Assembly (NCBI GenBank): GCA_045402985.1
Contig: JAXIPJ010000246.1
Coordinates: 2,264 to 66,263 of the forward strand
DNA length: 64,000 nucleotides
Source of the DNA: Anaerolineales bacterium
GTDB taxonomy: Bacteria > Chloroflexota > Anaerolineae > Anaerolineales > Villigracilaceae
Direction: 5' to 3'
The number at the start of each line of letters is the position of its first letter. Positions within the stretch are counted from its first letter, which is position 1. Shown here in pieces: positions 18,401 through 29,205 of the stretch. The notes below the pieces were generated by a model. That model had not been told where the DNA came from. It made no database searches and was given only the letters and a program-made list of their open reading frames with translations. Both the position numbers and the translations under genes were made by a program.

Positions 18401-19452
18401 TTGCGATCAGTTCCAGTTTCGATCTAAGCCTGACGCTCAATCTTCTGCTCGATCAAGTCATTGCACAACTCTATACGGACGCAGCGGTAATCCTAATGTT
18501 CCACTCAAGTACCAGAACACTTGAACATGCGGCCAGCCGCGGCTTTCGCTCTACAACCATCCGTGAGGCCAGGTTAAGATTGAGTGAAGGGTATGCCGGG
18601 AAAGCGATCCTCGAACGCCGCATGATCCACATCTCGAACCTGGTGGAAACAGACCGCGAACTTGCCTATACTCTCTCCTTGAAGATTGAAAATTTTATTG
18701 AGTACTATTGTGTGCCACTCATTGTCAAAGGGGAAGTGAAGGGCGTGCTCGAAATCTTTCATCGCAGCGCTCTGGCTGGCGACCCGGAATGGGTCGACTT
18801 TCTGGAAACCCTGGCCGGGCAGGCAGCCATCGCCATTGAGAACGCAACCCTGTTCGAGGACTTGCAACATTCCAATCGTGAACTGTTCCAGGCGTATGAT
18901 GCCACGATTGAGGGCTGGTCTCACGCCCTCGACTTGCGCGATAAAGAAACCGAGGGCCACACCCTGCGCGTCACCGAAATGACGCTCGAATTGGCACGCA
19001 AATTTGGCTTCACCGATGAACACTTGAGATCTATCCGTTGGGGGGCTTTGTTACATGATATTGGCAAGATGGGCGTTCCAGACCAGATCCTGCTCAAGCC
19101 GGATAAGCTGACCGATCAAGAATGGGATCGCATGAAACAGCATCCTGTTTTTGCCCTGGAAATGTTATCGCCCATTGCGTACCTGAAATCCGCTTTGGAC
19201 ATTCCCTATTGTCATCATGAAAAGTGGGATGGAACCGGCTATCCGCGCGGGCTGAAAGGGGAAGTGATTCCTCTGGCTGCGCGCTTGTTCGCGATCGTGG
19301 ATGTGTGGGATGCCCTGCGTTCAGACCGACCCTATCGCAAAGCATGGGCAATCGAAAAAACCTTGGAGCATATCCGGTCCCTTTCAGGCACGCATTTCGA
19401 CCCGAAGGTCGTTGAATATTTTTTGGATTTCATCGAACGACCCAACGGTTAA
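15469..19452 (+). CDS. REC-PAS-GAF multi-sensor HD-GYP cyclic-dinucleotide phosphodiesterase
   Basis: N-terminal receiver, several PAS/PAC units ending in DITERK, two GAF domains, LLHDIGK, HHEKWDGTGYP; ATG 15469 preferred over 15418. Confidence 0.93.
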   Translation: MSEPVRILIVEDVPTDFELAQREIRKVVKECAFQQVETHAGFLGALEIFQPDLILSDYHMPAFDGLTALKLAQEHAKLTPFIIWTGTMGEDVAVECMKAGAVNYILKENIKRLGPAVAHALEERRLLLEHKQAEETIHNNEKRFRALIENGRDNISLLAVDGTLLWESPATIRGLGYEQDEFVGHNIFELLHPDDLQWTSELYAKLLQEPGSRQDGIFRLRHNDGSWRWNEATVTNMLNEPGVNAIVVNYRDITERKRAEEMLKEERNLLRTLIDNLPDRIYAMDMQGRKTLSNTADWMASGGRTMEDVLGKTDFDTYPPELAKDFWALDKAILDSGEPVINYEEPGLDSEGNPVWVLSTKVPLHDSDGKVAGLVGIGRDITDLKRAEMERQALLKIMQDLPSTDDLQEFLKLIHRSIAGVIYAENFFVVFYNKDTGLFEETYSVDQYDQPSPPSALEKSITSYVFRSGEPLLLTQARFDELARQGEVELVGTDSASWLGAPLKTQNGTIGVIAVQHYDNPNRYTERDRDFLALIGSQVALAIERKQAEKALRQSENRYSLASKATNDVIWEWEQETNQLFWNENSFSVFGYAAGEIGMYETWWEDHIHADDRERVLSKLSAFTAGDQAIWTDEYRFLRRDGSYAFIMDRAYVDRDASGKALRVIGAMSDITERKQAEDQLNYHARLLRHINDAVIATDDQFRITAWNRAAEKMYGWRSEEVMGHSVSEILNFELTDEERAAAREILKESATSRSERIYRRRDGRTIYVEANTIALLDQQGRMTGYVSVHRDITERKWAEKALYQSEEQYRSLFEDSPISLWVEDFSGVKPRLDELKEKGIVDIPAYFREHPHIVTELARHVRILDVNNAAMKLYHARQKSELLGNLGNVFNIMTPEQFETELIQIANGRLNFEREQMDQTLTGEKIHVNVRWSVAPGYEDSLAQVIVSTLDITERKRAEEQTQLQLQRVRALHAIDIAISSSFDLSLTLNLLLDQVIAQLYTDAAVILMFHSSTRTLEHAASRGFRSTTIREARLRLSEGYAGKAILERRMIHISNLVETDRELAYTLSLKIENFIEYYCVPLIVKGEVKGVLEIFHRSALAGDPEWVDFLETLAGQAAIAIENATLFEDLQHSNRELFQAYDATIEGWSHALDLRDKETEGHTLRVTEMTLELARKFGFTDEHLRSIRWGALLHDIGKMGVPDQILLKPDKLTDQEWDRMKQHPVFALEMLSPIAYLKSALDIPYCHHEKWDGTGYPRGLKGEVIPLAARLFAIVDVWDALRSDRPYRKAWAIEKTLEHIRSLSGTHFDPKVVEYFLDFIERPNG

Positions 19453-19490
19453 ACGGGATTTTCATCTCGAGACATGATAAACTCAAACAT

Positions 19491-19895
19491 ATGGGCCATG
19501 AGAATTATTCAGGCAAAAAGCCGGTGTTAATCGTCGAAGATATCGCTGCCAATCGAGATCTATTTTCCCTGCAGCTTCTGCACTTTGGGCTTGCCAGCCA
19601 GTCTGTCAAAAACGGCCGTGAGGCCGTTGAATTGGTTCAGGCAGACCCATATGCATTTTCAATGATCTTGATGGATCTGCAGATGCCAGTCATGGATGGG
19701 ATCACGGCCACCCAATTAATACGCCAGGATGAAACCAATACGAACAGGCATATTGTCATTGTCGCGCTGACTGCCAATGAAGGCGCGGATACCCGGGAGC
19801 AATGCCTGCAGGTTGGCATGGATGACTTTATCAACAAACCCCTCACGTTGGATAAGATCAATCATGTCCTCAGAAAATGGCTCAAAGATTCTTGA
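19491..19895 (+). CDS. Single-domain response regulator
   Basis: VLIVED, ILMDLQMPVMDG, IVALTA, GMDDFINKP. Confidence 0.92.
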   Translation: MGHENYSGKKPVLIVEDIAANRDLFSLQLLHFGLASQSVKNGREAVELVQADPYAFSMILMDLQMPVMDGITATQLIRQDETNTNRHIVIVALTANEGADTREQCLQVGMDDFINKPLTLDKINHVLRKWLKDS

Positions 19896-20187
19896 GGCGT
19901 GACCCTCTGATGCCTCAAGGAAAGCCTAATACTTGCCTGGTGGGTGGCAAGAGTTTACAGGCGAGCATGCAAGACTCGTTCTAGGTAGTGGAACGCGACA
20001 CAATTCATAAAAAGTGAAATTCCCTTTGCTTACAAGACTGAAGGCGTTACCATTGCGTTAAGTTTTCGTAAGTTGTAAAATCGACATAGTCTTTAAATCA
20101 ATATCAATATAATACACAGATCCAGGTCCTGAACAGTTGTTTTCCTGAGCAATCATTTATTTTAGTGAGGGTGATTCTTCTGGAGGC

Positions 20188-23100
20188 GTGTTGAATTATC
20201 GTTTTGTCTCGATCATGCGCTGGGTCTCTTTAGTGGGAATGGTTATTGGATTCCTCGCTCAACCGCAATACGCAGTGTATGCGCTGACAACATTGACCGT
20301 TACGCCACTGACCTGGAATGTGATTGGGTTGGATAGCAACAACGTTAATGTGGGGCCGAATACTTTCCCGGTGGGGGCGCGGGTCTGTAATACCGGAGCC
20401 GCGGTTGCCACAGGTGTCACTGCCACGTTTACATTGGGGGCAGGTACGCCTCTGATTCACCTACGCCCGGGGACAAATGACCAAATCACTATAGCCAGTC
20501 TGGCCATCGGTGCCTGTACCGATTTTTACTTTGAAGTGGAGATAACGCGCAGTGCGGCTGCTTACGATACTACGCGAGACTATCAGATCACGGTAATCGC
20601 AGATGGCGGCGCGACCACGGGCAGCACACCCACGCCGCGCGAGCTTTTTGTTGAACACCTAGTTTCACAAAATCGCAATGCAGTGACGGATGTTTTTTTG
20701 AATGGGGTGAACATCGCTCCTGGTGGTACGATGAATTTGATGGTGGGTCAGACTTACGCCATTACGCTGGATGGTTTTACTGCCACACAAGGATATGAAC
20801 AGCTCGAAGCCTTTATCAACTTTCCGAACACTATTTTTCAGATTCTGTCGGTGTCCTCCACCTACGATCATCCCACCAATCCTTATATCATTGATAAATT
20901 GTACAGCGATGGCTGCACCTGGGAAAATGATCCCAACAGCCCGAATTATCGCGCCTGCCTTGGCGTTGGTAAAAGTGGTGGCAACATCACTGTTACCTAT
21001 CAGGTAAAGATTCTGCAAGTGCCTGCGGCTCCGCTTGTTAACCCAGAACCTCTCAGCACTTTAGTCTATGATTTCTCTGGCAGCAGTTATCACTACAATT
21101 CGGATTATGGCATTTCCACACGTTATGCCAATATCATCAATGCCAGCCTTGCCAAATCGTTTTCTCCCAAGACTATTCTGGCATTTGGGACCTCCACACT
21201 GACATTTACAATTACCAACCCAGGTTCGGCTTCGATATCCAATGTCAATTTTACGGATACTTTGCCTGCTGGATTAACAGTAGCAACATCATCTATCTCG
21301 CGATGCGGCGGCACAGTGACAACTAACGCTACGACGCGTGTGATTTCACTAAGTGGTGCGACAATTGCGGGGAACGGAACTTGTACTTTCGGTATCAGCG
21401 TTAGTTCTTCCACTAATGGCACATACAACAACACGACGGGTGATCTGTTCATTGGAACCACCGATACAGGTAGTTATGGGTATGATACTTTAATTGTCAG
21501 TTCCCAGCCTTCGCCACCGACCTCCTGCACCACCAGCACTACGATGGCAACTTGGACTTTGGAAAACTATACTGCCAGCACAGCAACCAATAATGGTCCA
21601 TTTAACGCTTTCTCGCAGGCAGCCAATGTGTCTACGGCTATAGGATCACAAACTGCAATAAATGGAAGTACATCTGGTATAGCGAACACAACTACGTTTC
21701 CGACAGGCTGGAATGCTCCATCAACGACCGGCAACAGCGGCAATTCGTGGGGTATACGTGGTGGATGGTTGGACACGAATCCGGCAACTCCAGCCACTGC
21801 AACGACACCCTATTTTCAGTTTCAGGTTGATGCGAGCAATTATGGTGGGATAGGAATTACTGCCAGTTACAATTTGCAAGGCAACTGGTCAGCCTCAGGG
21901 AATTGGTATGTCCTTTTCAGTACCGATGGCACAAATTGGATATCCCAAAACAATGGAGCATGGAACAAAACTAATGCATGGCAGACAAATGCCATTACAG
22001 CAACGACAACAAGCACGGGGAACAGCACTGTATATTTCAGGGTATTTGCTGCAGGGGCTCAATATGGCGGTAATCCTTCCGTCACTACTGGAACCATGTA
22101 TCTGGATGGCATCACTATCAGTGGCTGCCTGCGCCCAACTGTACCCAATCTATCCAAGAGCTTTTTACCAGCCTCTATCGGGACAGGCAGTACCAGTACA
22201 TTGACGTTCACGATTACGAACCCCAATACAACCACTTTGGACGGTGTTTCATTCTCTGACGTCCTGCCAGATGGTCTCACTGTCACATCTGGCTCAGCTA
22301 CTGCATGTATCATAGGGACATTGATGAGGACCTCGCCCAGAACCATCTCCCTTTCGGGTGGAAGGATTCTTGCAAGTGGTACTTGTACTATTAACGTCAC
22401 TGTGACGGGCGCAACCGCCGGGTCTTATACGAACGTGAGTAGCAGCGTCTCATCCGCTGAGACCGGACCCAACACTACCTCCAGCGGCATTGGTACATCG
22501 TCACTCACTATCATTGATCCGCCGGTCATTGCCAAATCCTTTACTGCAAATCCCATCTTTACAGGTAATTCAACCAATCTCACCTTCTCGATCAATAATC
22601 CCAACTCAGCCACCACGCTGACCGGCATAAACTTTACCGATACTTTGCCTGGGGGTTTGCTGGTTGCTACACCGAATGGTTTGTCGAACAGTTGTGGCGG
22701 CATAGCAACAGCAACAGGTTCGACAGTCAGCTTGACCGGGGTGAGCTTAACGGCGGGTGCCTCCTGTGCGCTTTCTGTCGATGTAACGGGTAATGCGGTT
22801 GGTCTCAAGGCAAACTTAGTGCAAGTGAGTTCTACAAATGGCGGTACGGGTAATACATCCACTGCCAGCGTGTTGGTGAAAGATGCTGCACCGCTCGTTA
22901 GCATGTTGAAGCAGGTCGGTCCCACTGCCGCCGGCCCATGGACTTCCTTCCTGACGATATCAGTTGGCGGTAATGTATATTATAAATTCACCGTTGAGAA
23001 CATTGGTGATCTCCCGCTGAATCTGGTGACTGTTATGGACGACAGGCTGAGTCTCGCAGGTTGTACCTGGGTGGATGGCAATGGCACAACGCTGACGACG

Positions 23101-25851
23101 CCATACCCTTTACCAGTAGCGGATGCAGATAATAATCAATTGATGACTTGTGTGCTGGGCCCGATCACTGCGGTAGCTGGTTTAAACGTGAACATGGCAA
23201 CCGCCACGGGCACGAACGGCACAAACACAACTGATTCATCCAGTGCGACGTATGCCACACCTGCCTTGACCATCGTCAAGAGTGTGGCGGAACCATACTA
23301 TACAGTCGCACCGCAAGTGTTGAACTACAGTTATGTTGTGACGAACAGCGGGTCTGCGCCTCTGCTCGGACCGGTCACTGTTGCCGATGACAAAACAACT
23401 GTCACCTGCCCGGCAGTCAGTACTGCAATACAAACTGCACCTCCCGGTCCTGGTGATGGCGATAATTGGTTGGATGTAGGAGAAAGTATCACTTGTGCTG
23501 CCACATATATCGTCACAGGTGGTGATGTTGCAACGGGCACCATCACAAACACAGCTTCTGCTACAGCAGGCGGTGTAACCTCCGCTAATGTTAGTACAAC
23601 CATTGGTACGCCTGCAGATTTAACTGTGGCGAAAACGAATAACGTTAGCGGTAGTGTTGTCCTCGGCACGCCCTTTACATGGACGTTAACTATATCGAAT
23701 GGCGGAAACACTGCGGCGACATTTACAACTGGTCAGACCATCCTAAGTGATCCATTGCAAGTTGGTCCAACCTACGGCACACCAACACCCGGTACGTTCG
23801 TCAACATCACGAACTCCGGCAATATCAGTTGTAGTATCACAGCCGGAACACTTGCTTGTACGGCTAATAGTGGATCCGTAATCATTGGTATAGGTGGTAG
23901 TTTTGTTATGAGTTTCACCGTCACACCTGTTTTGGGCGGTAATCTTGCGAATACCGCGAGAGTTGACCCGAACAACAATATAACTGAGACAAATGAGGCA
24001 AATAATGATGGCTTTGATACAGTAACAGTATTGACTCCTACAGCCACACCCACAAATACTCCGACGGACACGCCGACGAGCACGCCCACGAATACACCCA
24101 CCAATACACCGACCAATACTCCCACCTCCACGCCCACAAGCACACCGACGGATACTGCGACAAATACACCAACTGATACTCCAACAAACACGCTAACTCC
24201 GACGAACACGCCAACCAATACTCCAACAAATACAGCAACGAACACAGCTACCCCAACCAACACTCCGACAAATACACCCACGTCGACGTTGACTCCTACC
24301 CCTGCGTCTGGTGGCATCAGCGGTGTGGTATTCAATGATCCGAATCTCGATGGAACTCAAGCGGGTGCTGAACCTGGTATCAGCGGTGTGAGAGTAGATC
24401 TTTATGATAGCGCTGGCACAACCTTGATCGCATCTGTTATTACAGGAGCAGGTGGCTCTTATAGCTTCAGCAACCTGCCCGCGGGAGATTATGTGGTGAT
24501 AGAAACAGACCTGGCTGGGTATGTGAGTACAACACCCAATAGTGTTCCTGCAATTGTAAGCGCGGGCAGTTCCGCTACGGTCAATTTCGGGGATTACAGG
24601 CTTCCTAACACCACACTTTCTAACATCACAGGCGTGGTTTTCAATGATGCAAATGGTAATGGAATTCTGGATTCGGGTGAGACACCTCTAAGCGGCGTCA
24701 CCGTTGAACTCAAGAACAATGTTGGTACCGTCATTGCTACAACGACAACGAACGCTTCCGGCGGCTATAGTTTCATCAATCTGGTCGCGGGAATGTATAT
24801 TGTTACCGAAACAGACCTGCCAGGATATATCAGCACCACACTCAATAATGTTGCCGTGAATTTGAGCGCTGGCACAACGGCTACGATTAACTTTGGTGAT
24901 CAAACAGGTGGAGCTGCACAAATCGCCGACCCGGCGGTCACCAAATATGGTGCCCCGACCAGTGCGGCTGTTGGCAGCGCCGTCGTTTACACGATCACAG
25001 TTGGAAATAATGGAAATACCAACGCCACAAACGTTGTATTGACTGACACCAAGCCCGCATTCCTGGATATTCTCTCCATCACGATCTCTCCGAACCCGGG
25101 CCTGACTCCCGTTATATCAGGCAATACCTTCACGATTAATTTTGGAATGGTCGCGCCGACAGATTTCTATGTTGTTACAATCGTAACGCACGTCAATTCA
25201 CTGGGTCAGCCGCCTGGTGGTTCGAACAATGTTTCAATTACAACCAACTCGATTACCGACCGAACCTTTAATAATGTCGCGGCCGCCACTTTGCAGGTCA
25301 CTTCCAGCAGCGGTGGTACTGGAAATAACCGGCCCACGTTGCCAGATACCGGTTTTGCACCAGGCGTAGTAACTGACCGGAGTCAGTTGCCTCGCGAAAT
25401 CTACGCGCGCATAGGCGATGTTACGCTGGAAGTGCCATCTCTTGGTATCAAAATTCCCATCGTAGGTGTGCCGTTAAAGAATGGGGCGTGGAATGTATCC
25501 TGGTTGGGCAAACAGGCCGGATGGTTAGAAGGTAGTGCGTTCCCATCCTGGAATGGGAACAGTGTGCTTACCAGTCATGTATATCTATCCAATGGCCTGC
25601 CTGGTCCATTTATCGCTTTGAATAAACTCAAGTTCGGTGACAGGATCATCGTTCATGTGTATGGACAAAAATATATATTTGAAGTACAGACCAACCTCGT
25701 CGTTGCATCAAATGATGGCACTGTCTTCAAGCATGAAGAAAAATCCTGGCTGACGCTGGTGACGTGCAAGGAATATGACGCGAAGACAAACACATACAAA
25801 AAGCGAGTTATGGTCCGCGCTGTGTTGGTGAAAGTGGAGGTGGATAAATAA
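20188..25851 (+). CDS. Large secreted surface protein (DUF11-like Ig repeats, Pro/Thr linker, SdrD-B-like domains, LPDTG motif) with C-terminal sortase domain
   Basis: Signal peptide; repeated KSF...TLTFTITNP...FTDTLP units; G.VFND.N..G...GE SdrD-B-like repeats; LPDTG at 25339-25353; sortase residues TSHVY, LTLVTC, KRVMVRA. Confidence 0.88.
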   Translation: MLNYRFVSIMRWVSLVGMVIGFLAQPQYAVYALTTLTVTPLTWNVIGLDSNNVNVGPNTFPVGARVCNTGAAVATGVTATFTLGAGTPLIHLRPGTNDQITIASLAIGACTDFYFEVEITRSAAAYDTTRDYQITVIADGGATTGSTPTPRELFVEHLVSQNRNAVTDVFLNGVNIAPGGTMNLMVGQTYAITLDGFTATQGYEQLEAFINFPNTIFQILSVSSTYDHPTNPYIIDKLYSDGCTWENDPNSPNYRACLGVGKSGGNITVTYQVKILQVPAAPLVNPEPLSTLVYDFSGSSYHYNSDYGISTRYANIINASLAKSFSPKTILAFGTSTLTFTITNPGSASISNVNFTDTLPAGLTVATSSISRCGGTVTTNATTRVISLSGATIAGNGTCTFGISVSSSTNGTYNNTTGDLFIGTTDTGSYGYDTLIVSSQPSPPTSCTTSTTMATWTLENYTASTATNNGPFNAFSQAANVSTAIGSQTAINGSTSGIANTTTFPTGWNAPSTTGNSGNSWGIRGGWLDTNPATPATATTPYFQFQVDASNYGGIGITASYNLQGNWSASGNWYVLFSTDGTNWISQNNGAWNKTNAWQTNAITATTTSTGNSTVYFRVFAAGAQYGGNPSVTTGTMYLDGITISGCLRPTVPNLSKSFLPASIGTGSTSTLTFTITNPNTTTLDGVSFSDVLPDGLTVTSGSATACIIGTLMRTSPRTISLSGGRILASGTCTINVTVTGATAGSYTNVSSSVSSAETGPNTTSSGIGTSSLTIIDPPVIAKSFTANPIFTGNSTNLTFSINNPNSATTLTGINFTDTLPGGLLVATPNGLSNSCGGIATATGSTVSLTGVSLTAGASCALSVDVTGNAVGLKANLVQVSSTNGGTGNTSTASVLVKDAAPLVSMLKQVGPTAAGPWTSFLTISVGGNVYYKFTVENIGDLPLNLVTVMDDRLSLAGCTWVDGNGTTLTTPYPLPVADADNNQLMTCVLGPITAVAGLNVNMATATGTNGTNTTDSSSATYATPALTIVKSVAEPYYTVAPQVLNYSYVVTNSGSAPLLGPVTVADDKTTVTCPAVSTAIQTAPPGPGDGDNWLDVGESITCAATYIVTGGDVATGTITNTASATAGGVTSANVSTTIGTPADLTVAKTNNVSGSVVLGTPFTWTLTISNGGNTAATFTTGQTILSDPLQVGPTYGTPTPGTFVNITNSGNISCSITAGTLACTANSGSVIIGIGGSFVMSFTVTPVLGGNLANTARVDPNNNITETNEANNDGFDTVTVLTPTATPTNTPTDTPTSTPTNTPTNTPTNTPTSTPTSTPTDTATNTPTDTPTNTLTPTNTPTNTPTNTATNTATPTNTPTNTPTSTLTPTPASGGISGVVFNDPNLDGTQAGAEPGISGVRVDLYDSAGTTLIASVITGAGGSYSFSNLPAGDYVVIETDLAGYVSTTPNSVPAIVSAGSSATVNFGDYRLPNTTLSNITGVVFNDANGNGILDSGETPLSGVTVELKNNVGTVIATTTTNASGGYSFINLVAGMYIVTETDLPGYISTTLNNVAVNLSAGTTATINFGDQTGGAAQIADPAVTKYGAPTSAAVGSAVVYTITVGNNGNTNATNVVLTDTKPAFLDILSITISPNPGLTPVISGNTFTINFGMVAPTDFYVVTIVTHVNSLGQPPGGSNNVSITTNSITDRTFNNVAAATLQVTSSSGGTGNNRPTLPDTGFAPGVVTDRSQLPREIYARIGDVTLEVPSLGIKIPIVGVPLKNGAWNVSWLGKQAGWLEGSAFPSWNGNSVLTSHVYLSNGLPGPFIALNKLKFGDRIIVHVYGQKYIFEVQTNLVVASNDGTVFKHEEKSWLTLVTCKEYDAKTNTYKKRVMVRAVLVKVEVDK
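24034..24303 (+). repeat. Coding Thr-Pro-Thr-Asn tandem linker repeat
   Basis: ([12 protein letters not shown])n in the 20188-25851 ORF, degenerate 12-nt period. Confidence 0.85.
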
Positions 25852-25853
25852 AG

Positions 25854-25879
25854 AATGGCGCTCTGTCTTGAGCGCCATT
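25854..25879. terminator. Bidirectional terminator-like hairpin between convergent genes
   Basis: AATGGCGCTC-TGTCTT-GAGCGCCATT. Confidence 0.65.
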
Positions 25880-25889
25880 ATGTTTTATC

Positions 25890-27266
25890 TTACTTGGTGA
25901 TGATCAGCGGCAGGAATTTTTCCACGATTTCTGCATCAAACAGCCGCCCTGCTTCTTTCTCCAGATATTCGGCCACTTCCTTGGGCAGCATACGCTTCCG
26001 ATATGGACGGTCGCTTGAGAGTGCGTCCCAAACATCCACGACCGCAAACATCCGCGCAAAAAGCGGTATCTGGTCAGCTTTGAGTCCATGCGGGTATCCA
26101 CTACCATCCCAGCGTTCATGGTGATAGTAGGGAATGATCAGCGCCTGATTGAGGTAACTGATGGGGGAGAGCATTTGATATGCATATTGCGGATGTTTGC
26201 GCATCACCACCCATTCATCATCTGTCAGTGGGCCAGGCTTTTGCAGGATCTCATCCGGGATGCCCATTTTGCCCATATCGTGCAGTAAAGCGCCGCGGCG
26301 GATATGAACGATCTCCTCTTCCGGATGCCCCAATTCACGCGCCAGCCGTACGGTCATCTCAGTGACGCGTTGTGTGTGCCCCTCTGTTTCGCGGTCCCGC
26401 AGATCCAGCGCCAGAACCCAGCCCTCAATGGTTTTGTCATAGGCCTCCCGCAGACCTTGGTGGGCTCGCTGTAAAGCCACTTGCGACTCTTTTCGTTCAG
26501 TGATATCACGCGAGGAGGTCTGAATTTCAACCACTTTGTTTTCCTGGTCGTAAATAATCCTGGCAGTGGTTTCCAGCCAAATATATTCATTATTCTTGCG
26601 GCGGGCGCGGTACGGTATACCCGCAGTAGGATCATCCCATGAAGACGACGAGAGAAGCTCTTGAAGATAATTTGCATCCTCAGGATGAATGTAGGACAGG
26701 AAAGATTGGCCAATAAGTTCTTCCGGGGCGTACCCCAATATGTTCAGGCAGGCCGGTGAAACATACAGGAATGTTCCGTGGGTGTCATGCCTCGAAATAA
26801 TATCGGATGAATTTTCTGCCAGCAAGCGGAATTGGGCCTCACGTTCGGCCAGTGCCTGTTGCATCCGTTCCTGTTCGAGCAAACTCCTCCATTGCTGGAT
26901 GGCGCGCTCGGCAATGTGTGGCATATCTGTCATCGACTCGGAGGATTTAATGATGTAGTCCAATGCGCCGGCTTTGATGGCCTCCACGGCGTTACGTTCG
27001 CTTCCATAACTGGTCATAATGATGACAGGTGGCGCGGGCGAGTAATGATTCTCAGCAAGCAATGCGCTGCTATCTCCATCCGGGAGGCGCCAGTCTGCAA
27101 TGATGAGAGTAGGCCGAAACTTCTTTATTTGAATACCCGCCTCTTCCAGTGTATGCGCGATGGTAAGGCGCGACTGATCGCCGCGAGCTTCAAAGGCGCG
27201 TTTGATCAATTCTGCATGGGCAGGGTCGTCTTCAATTAATAGAATGTGGATTGAATCATCCATCAT
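25890..27266 (-). CDS. REC-PAS-HD-GYP phosphodiesterase
   Basis: ILLIEDD receiver, PAS with RDITERK, LLHDMGK, HHERWDGSGYP. Confidence 0.93.
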   Translation of the reverse strand: MMDDSIHILLIEDDPAHAELIKRAFEARGDQSRLTIAHTLEEAGIQIKKFRPTLIIADWRLPDGDSSALLAENHYSPAPPVIIMTSYGSERNAVEAIKAGALDYIIKSSESMTDMPHIAERAIQQWRSLLEQERMQQALAEREAQFRLLAENSSDIISRHDTHGTFLYVSPACLNILGYAPEELIGQSFLSYIHPEDANYLQELLSSSSWDDPTAGIPYRARRKNNEYIWLETTARIIYDQENKVVEIQTSSRDITERKESQVALQRAHQGLREAYDKTIEGWVLALDLRDRETEGHTQRVTEMTVRLARELGHPEEEIVHIRRGALLHDMGKMGIPDEILQKPGPLTDDEWVVMRKHPQYAYQMLSPISYLNQALIIPYYHHERWDGSGYPHGLKADQIPLFARMFAVVDVWDALSSDRPYRKRMLPKEVAEYLEKEAGRLFDAEIVEKFLPLIITK

Positions 27267-27302
27267 GTGAAATAGCCATCAGCATTATTGAGAATTGGGT
27301 TT

Positions 27303-27752
27303 TTATTCTTTGACTTCCGGGTTGGTGTTCCAACCCAGCCAGTAAAAGCCGAGATCATCCATAAGTTTTTTGAATTCTTCAAACCCCACTGGTTTAACCA
27401 GATAACTATTGGCGTGATTGTAATAGGCTTTGGCTACATCCTTTTCGGCTTCCGAAGTGGTTAATACGACAACCGGAATGGTTTTTAGACCTTCATCTTC
27501 CTTGATGGCCCTCAGTACATCGATCCCATCCACGCGCGGCAGGCGCAGATCCAACAGGATCACGTGCGGACGCTGACTGCCATGCGGGTCTGAGAATTCT
27601 CCGCGATAAAATAAATAATCCAACGCCGACTGACCATCGAGAAAATGTCGTACTTTGTTCGCAATGCGATGTTCCTCCAGGGTGCGGATCACCAGTTCTG
27701 CATGATCTACATTGTCTTCGACCAGCATAACAAGGATTGGCTCACCAATCAT
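27303..27752 (-). CDS. Single-domain response regulator (Rcp1-like)
   Basis: MLVEDN, ILLDLRLPRVDG, VVLTTS, ANSYLVKPV, LGFYWL. Confidence 0.93.
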   Translation of the reverse strand: MIGEPILVMLVEDNVDHAELVIRTLEEHRIANKVRHFLDGQSALDYLFYRGEFSDPHGSQRPHVILLDLRLPRVDGIDVLRAIKEDEGLKTIPVVVLTTSEAEKDVAKAYYNHANSYLVKPVGFEEFKKLMDDLGFYWLGWNTNPEVKE

Positions 27753-28304
27753 TTGATTCTCCTACAGAGCACCGCATGCATGTCGCACATGCATAACTGA
27801 ACTGGAAGTTTGAATTTGACCTGTAAATTGTTCCGAAGATTTTTGTGATTTGTGGAACAAGCGGCAAAGGCTCTGTGACCTTCGGAGTGATTTTAATCCC
27901 AATTCATCTTTTGGTATAGTTTGGTGTCTACTTTCAATAAATGGATTTGTCAGGCTGCTTGTGCTTTTCGAAAGCTGACTGCCTAGTTTTGCATAGGCGA
28001 TGATGATTCCTAAAACGATACAAATAAGTGTCACATACAGCCTTACCCGGCTTCTCGATATCAATGCGATGATGATGATGACGGTACAGTTACCGGCAGT
28101 ACGCCCACTCTGCGAAATAGACGCCAAGACGCCCCGGCTGTTATGGAGCCCAGGGTCACCAGCAGCCGGATTATGAAAAGAAAAGCTTCATTTCCACTAT
28201 CGTGTATTCTCTATTTCCAAGTATAGTTTTGCTTGAGAATGACCCACGCAACATGAAAATTGCTTTACCTTGTAAAATACTTGATGCAGGCAGGCAAATT
28301 CTCA

Positions 28305-28313
28305 TGATATAAT
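28305..28313 (+). promoter_or_regulatory. Extended -10 promoter element for the anti-sigma operon
   Basis: TGaTATAAT about 40 nt upstream of ATG 28355, with GGAGG RBS between. Confidence 0.45.
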
Positions 28314-28354
28314 TTTGCTATTCAGCACCGTACTTTCAACCTGGAGGATGTTCT

Positions 28355-28690
28355 ATGGAGATCACGGTTCAAGAGTTCAAACATTGTGATATGATCACGG
28401 TCAAGGGACGGGTGGATAGCGCAACTGCTTCCCAGTTGGCCCATGCGCTTGAAGCCGCGCATAACGGCGGCAAGTACAAATTGGTTGTGAACATGAGCGG
28501 ATTGGAATACATGTCTAGTGCTGGATTCCGAGCCTTGCTCGCCGCTCAACGCAACAGCAGACGCTATAATCGCGGCGAAGTCGTATTGTCTTCTGTTCCT
28601 GAGAGAATCCGTGAGGCACTTGAACTGGCCGGGTTTACGGAGCTCTTCAAGACCTTTGATGATCCTCTACTGGCTGTCGGCCATTTCTAG
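28355..28690 (+). CDS. STAS anti-sigma factor antagonist (RsbV/SpoIIAA family)
   Basis: GRVDSATA, LEYMSSAGFRAL, EALELAGF. Confidence 0.93.
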   Translation: MEITVQEFKHCDMITVKGRVDSATASQLAHALEAAHNGGKYKLVVNMSGLEYMSSAGFRALLAAQRNSRRYNRGEVVLSSVPERIREALELAGFTELFKTFDDPLLAVGHF

Positions 28691-28786
28691 AGGCTGCGTC
28701 CACCCAACAAGTTGGAGAATGCACACAGTATTTGGAAAGATGCCGCCCTCAGCAGTATACGGCTGAGGCGGCTTTTAAATTATCCA

Positions 28787-29200
28787 ATGCAATCTGTTCA
28801 ATTTCCCGCGAAATTTGAATTCCTCGACGAGATCCGCGATTTTGTTGGCGATATCGCGCGTCAGAACGGCTTTGGCAGCAAGGAGATCTATGGCATCCAA
28901 CTTGCAACGGATGAAGCCGCCTCGAACATCATAGAGCACGCCTATGAAAATATCAGCGATGGAGTGCTTGAACTTTCCTGTGGGTTCAAAGGCGGAGAGA
29001 TCACTGTGGTTCTCGTGGATCATGGTGAGCCATTTGATCCCTCTGAAATCCCGATGCCAGACTTGAAAGCCGACCTTTCTGAACGCAAAATTGGGGGACT
29101 GGGAATTTTCCTCATGCGAAAATTAATGGATGAAGTCCATTACGATTCACAACCCAGCAAAAACAGCAACACCCTCACGATGAGCAAACGCAAGAGGTAG
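28787..29200 (+). CDS. Anti-sigma factor Ser/Thr kinase (RsbW-like HATPase)
   Basis: LATDEAASNIIEHAY, DHGEPFDP, GGLGIFLMRKLMDEV; ATG 28787 preferred. Confidence 0.92.
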   Translation: MQSVQFPAKFEFLDEIRDFVGDIARQNGFGSKEIYGIQLATDEAASNIIEHAYENISDGVLELSCGFKGGEITVVLVDHGEPFDPSEIPMPDLKADLSERKIGGLGIFLMRKLMDEVHYDSQPSKNSNTLTMSKRKR

Positions 29201-29205
29201 ACGGC

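Noticed and set aside
23772-24335. Val/Gly-rich minus-strand ORF
   Set aside because: Antisense shadow of the Thr-Pro linker
27762-28320. 121-aa ORF or ncRNA in the long intergenic gap
   Set aside because: No RBS, family motif or convincing structure; probably divergent promoter region
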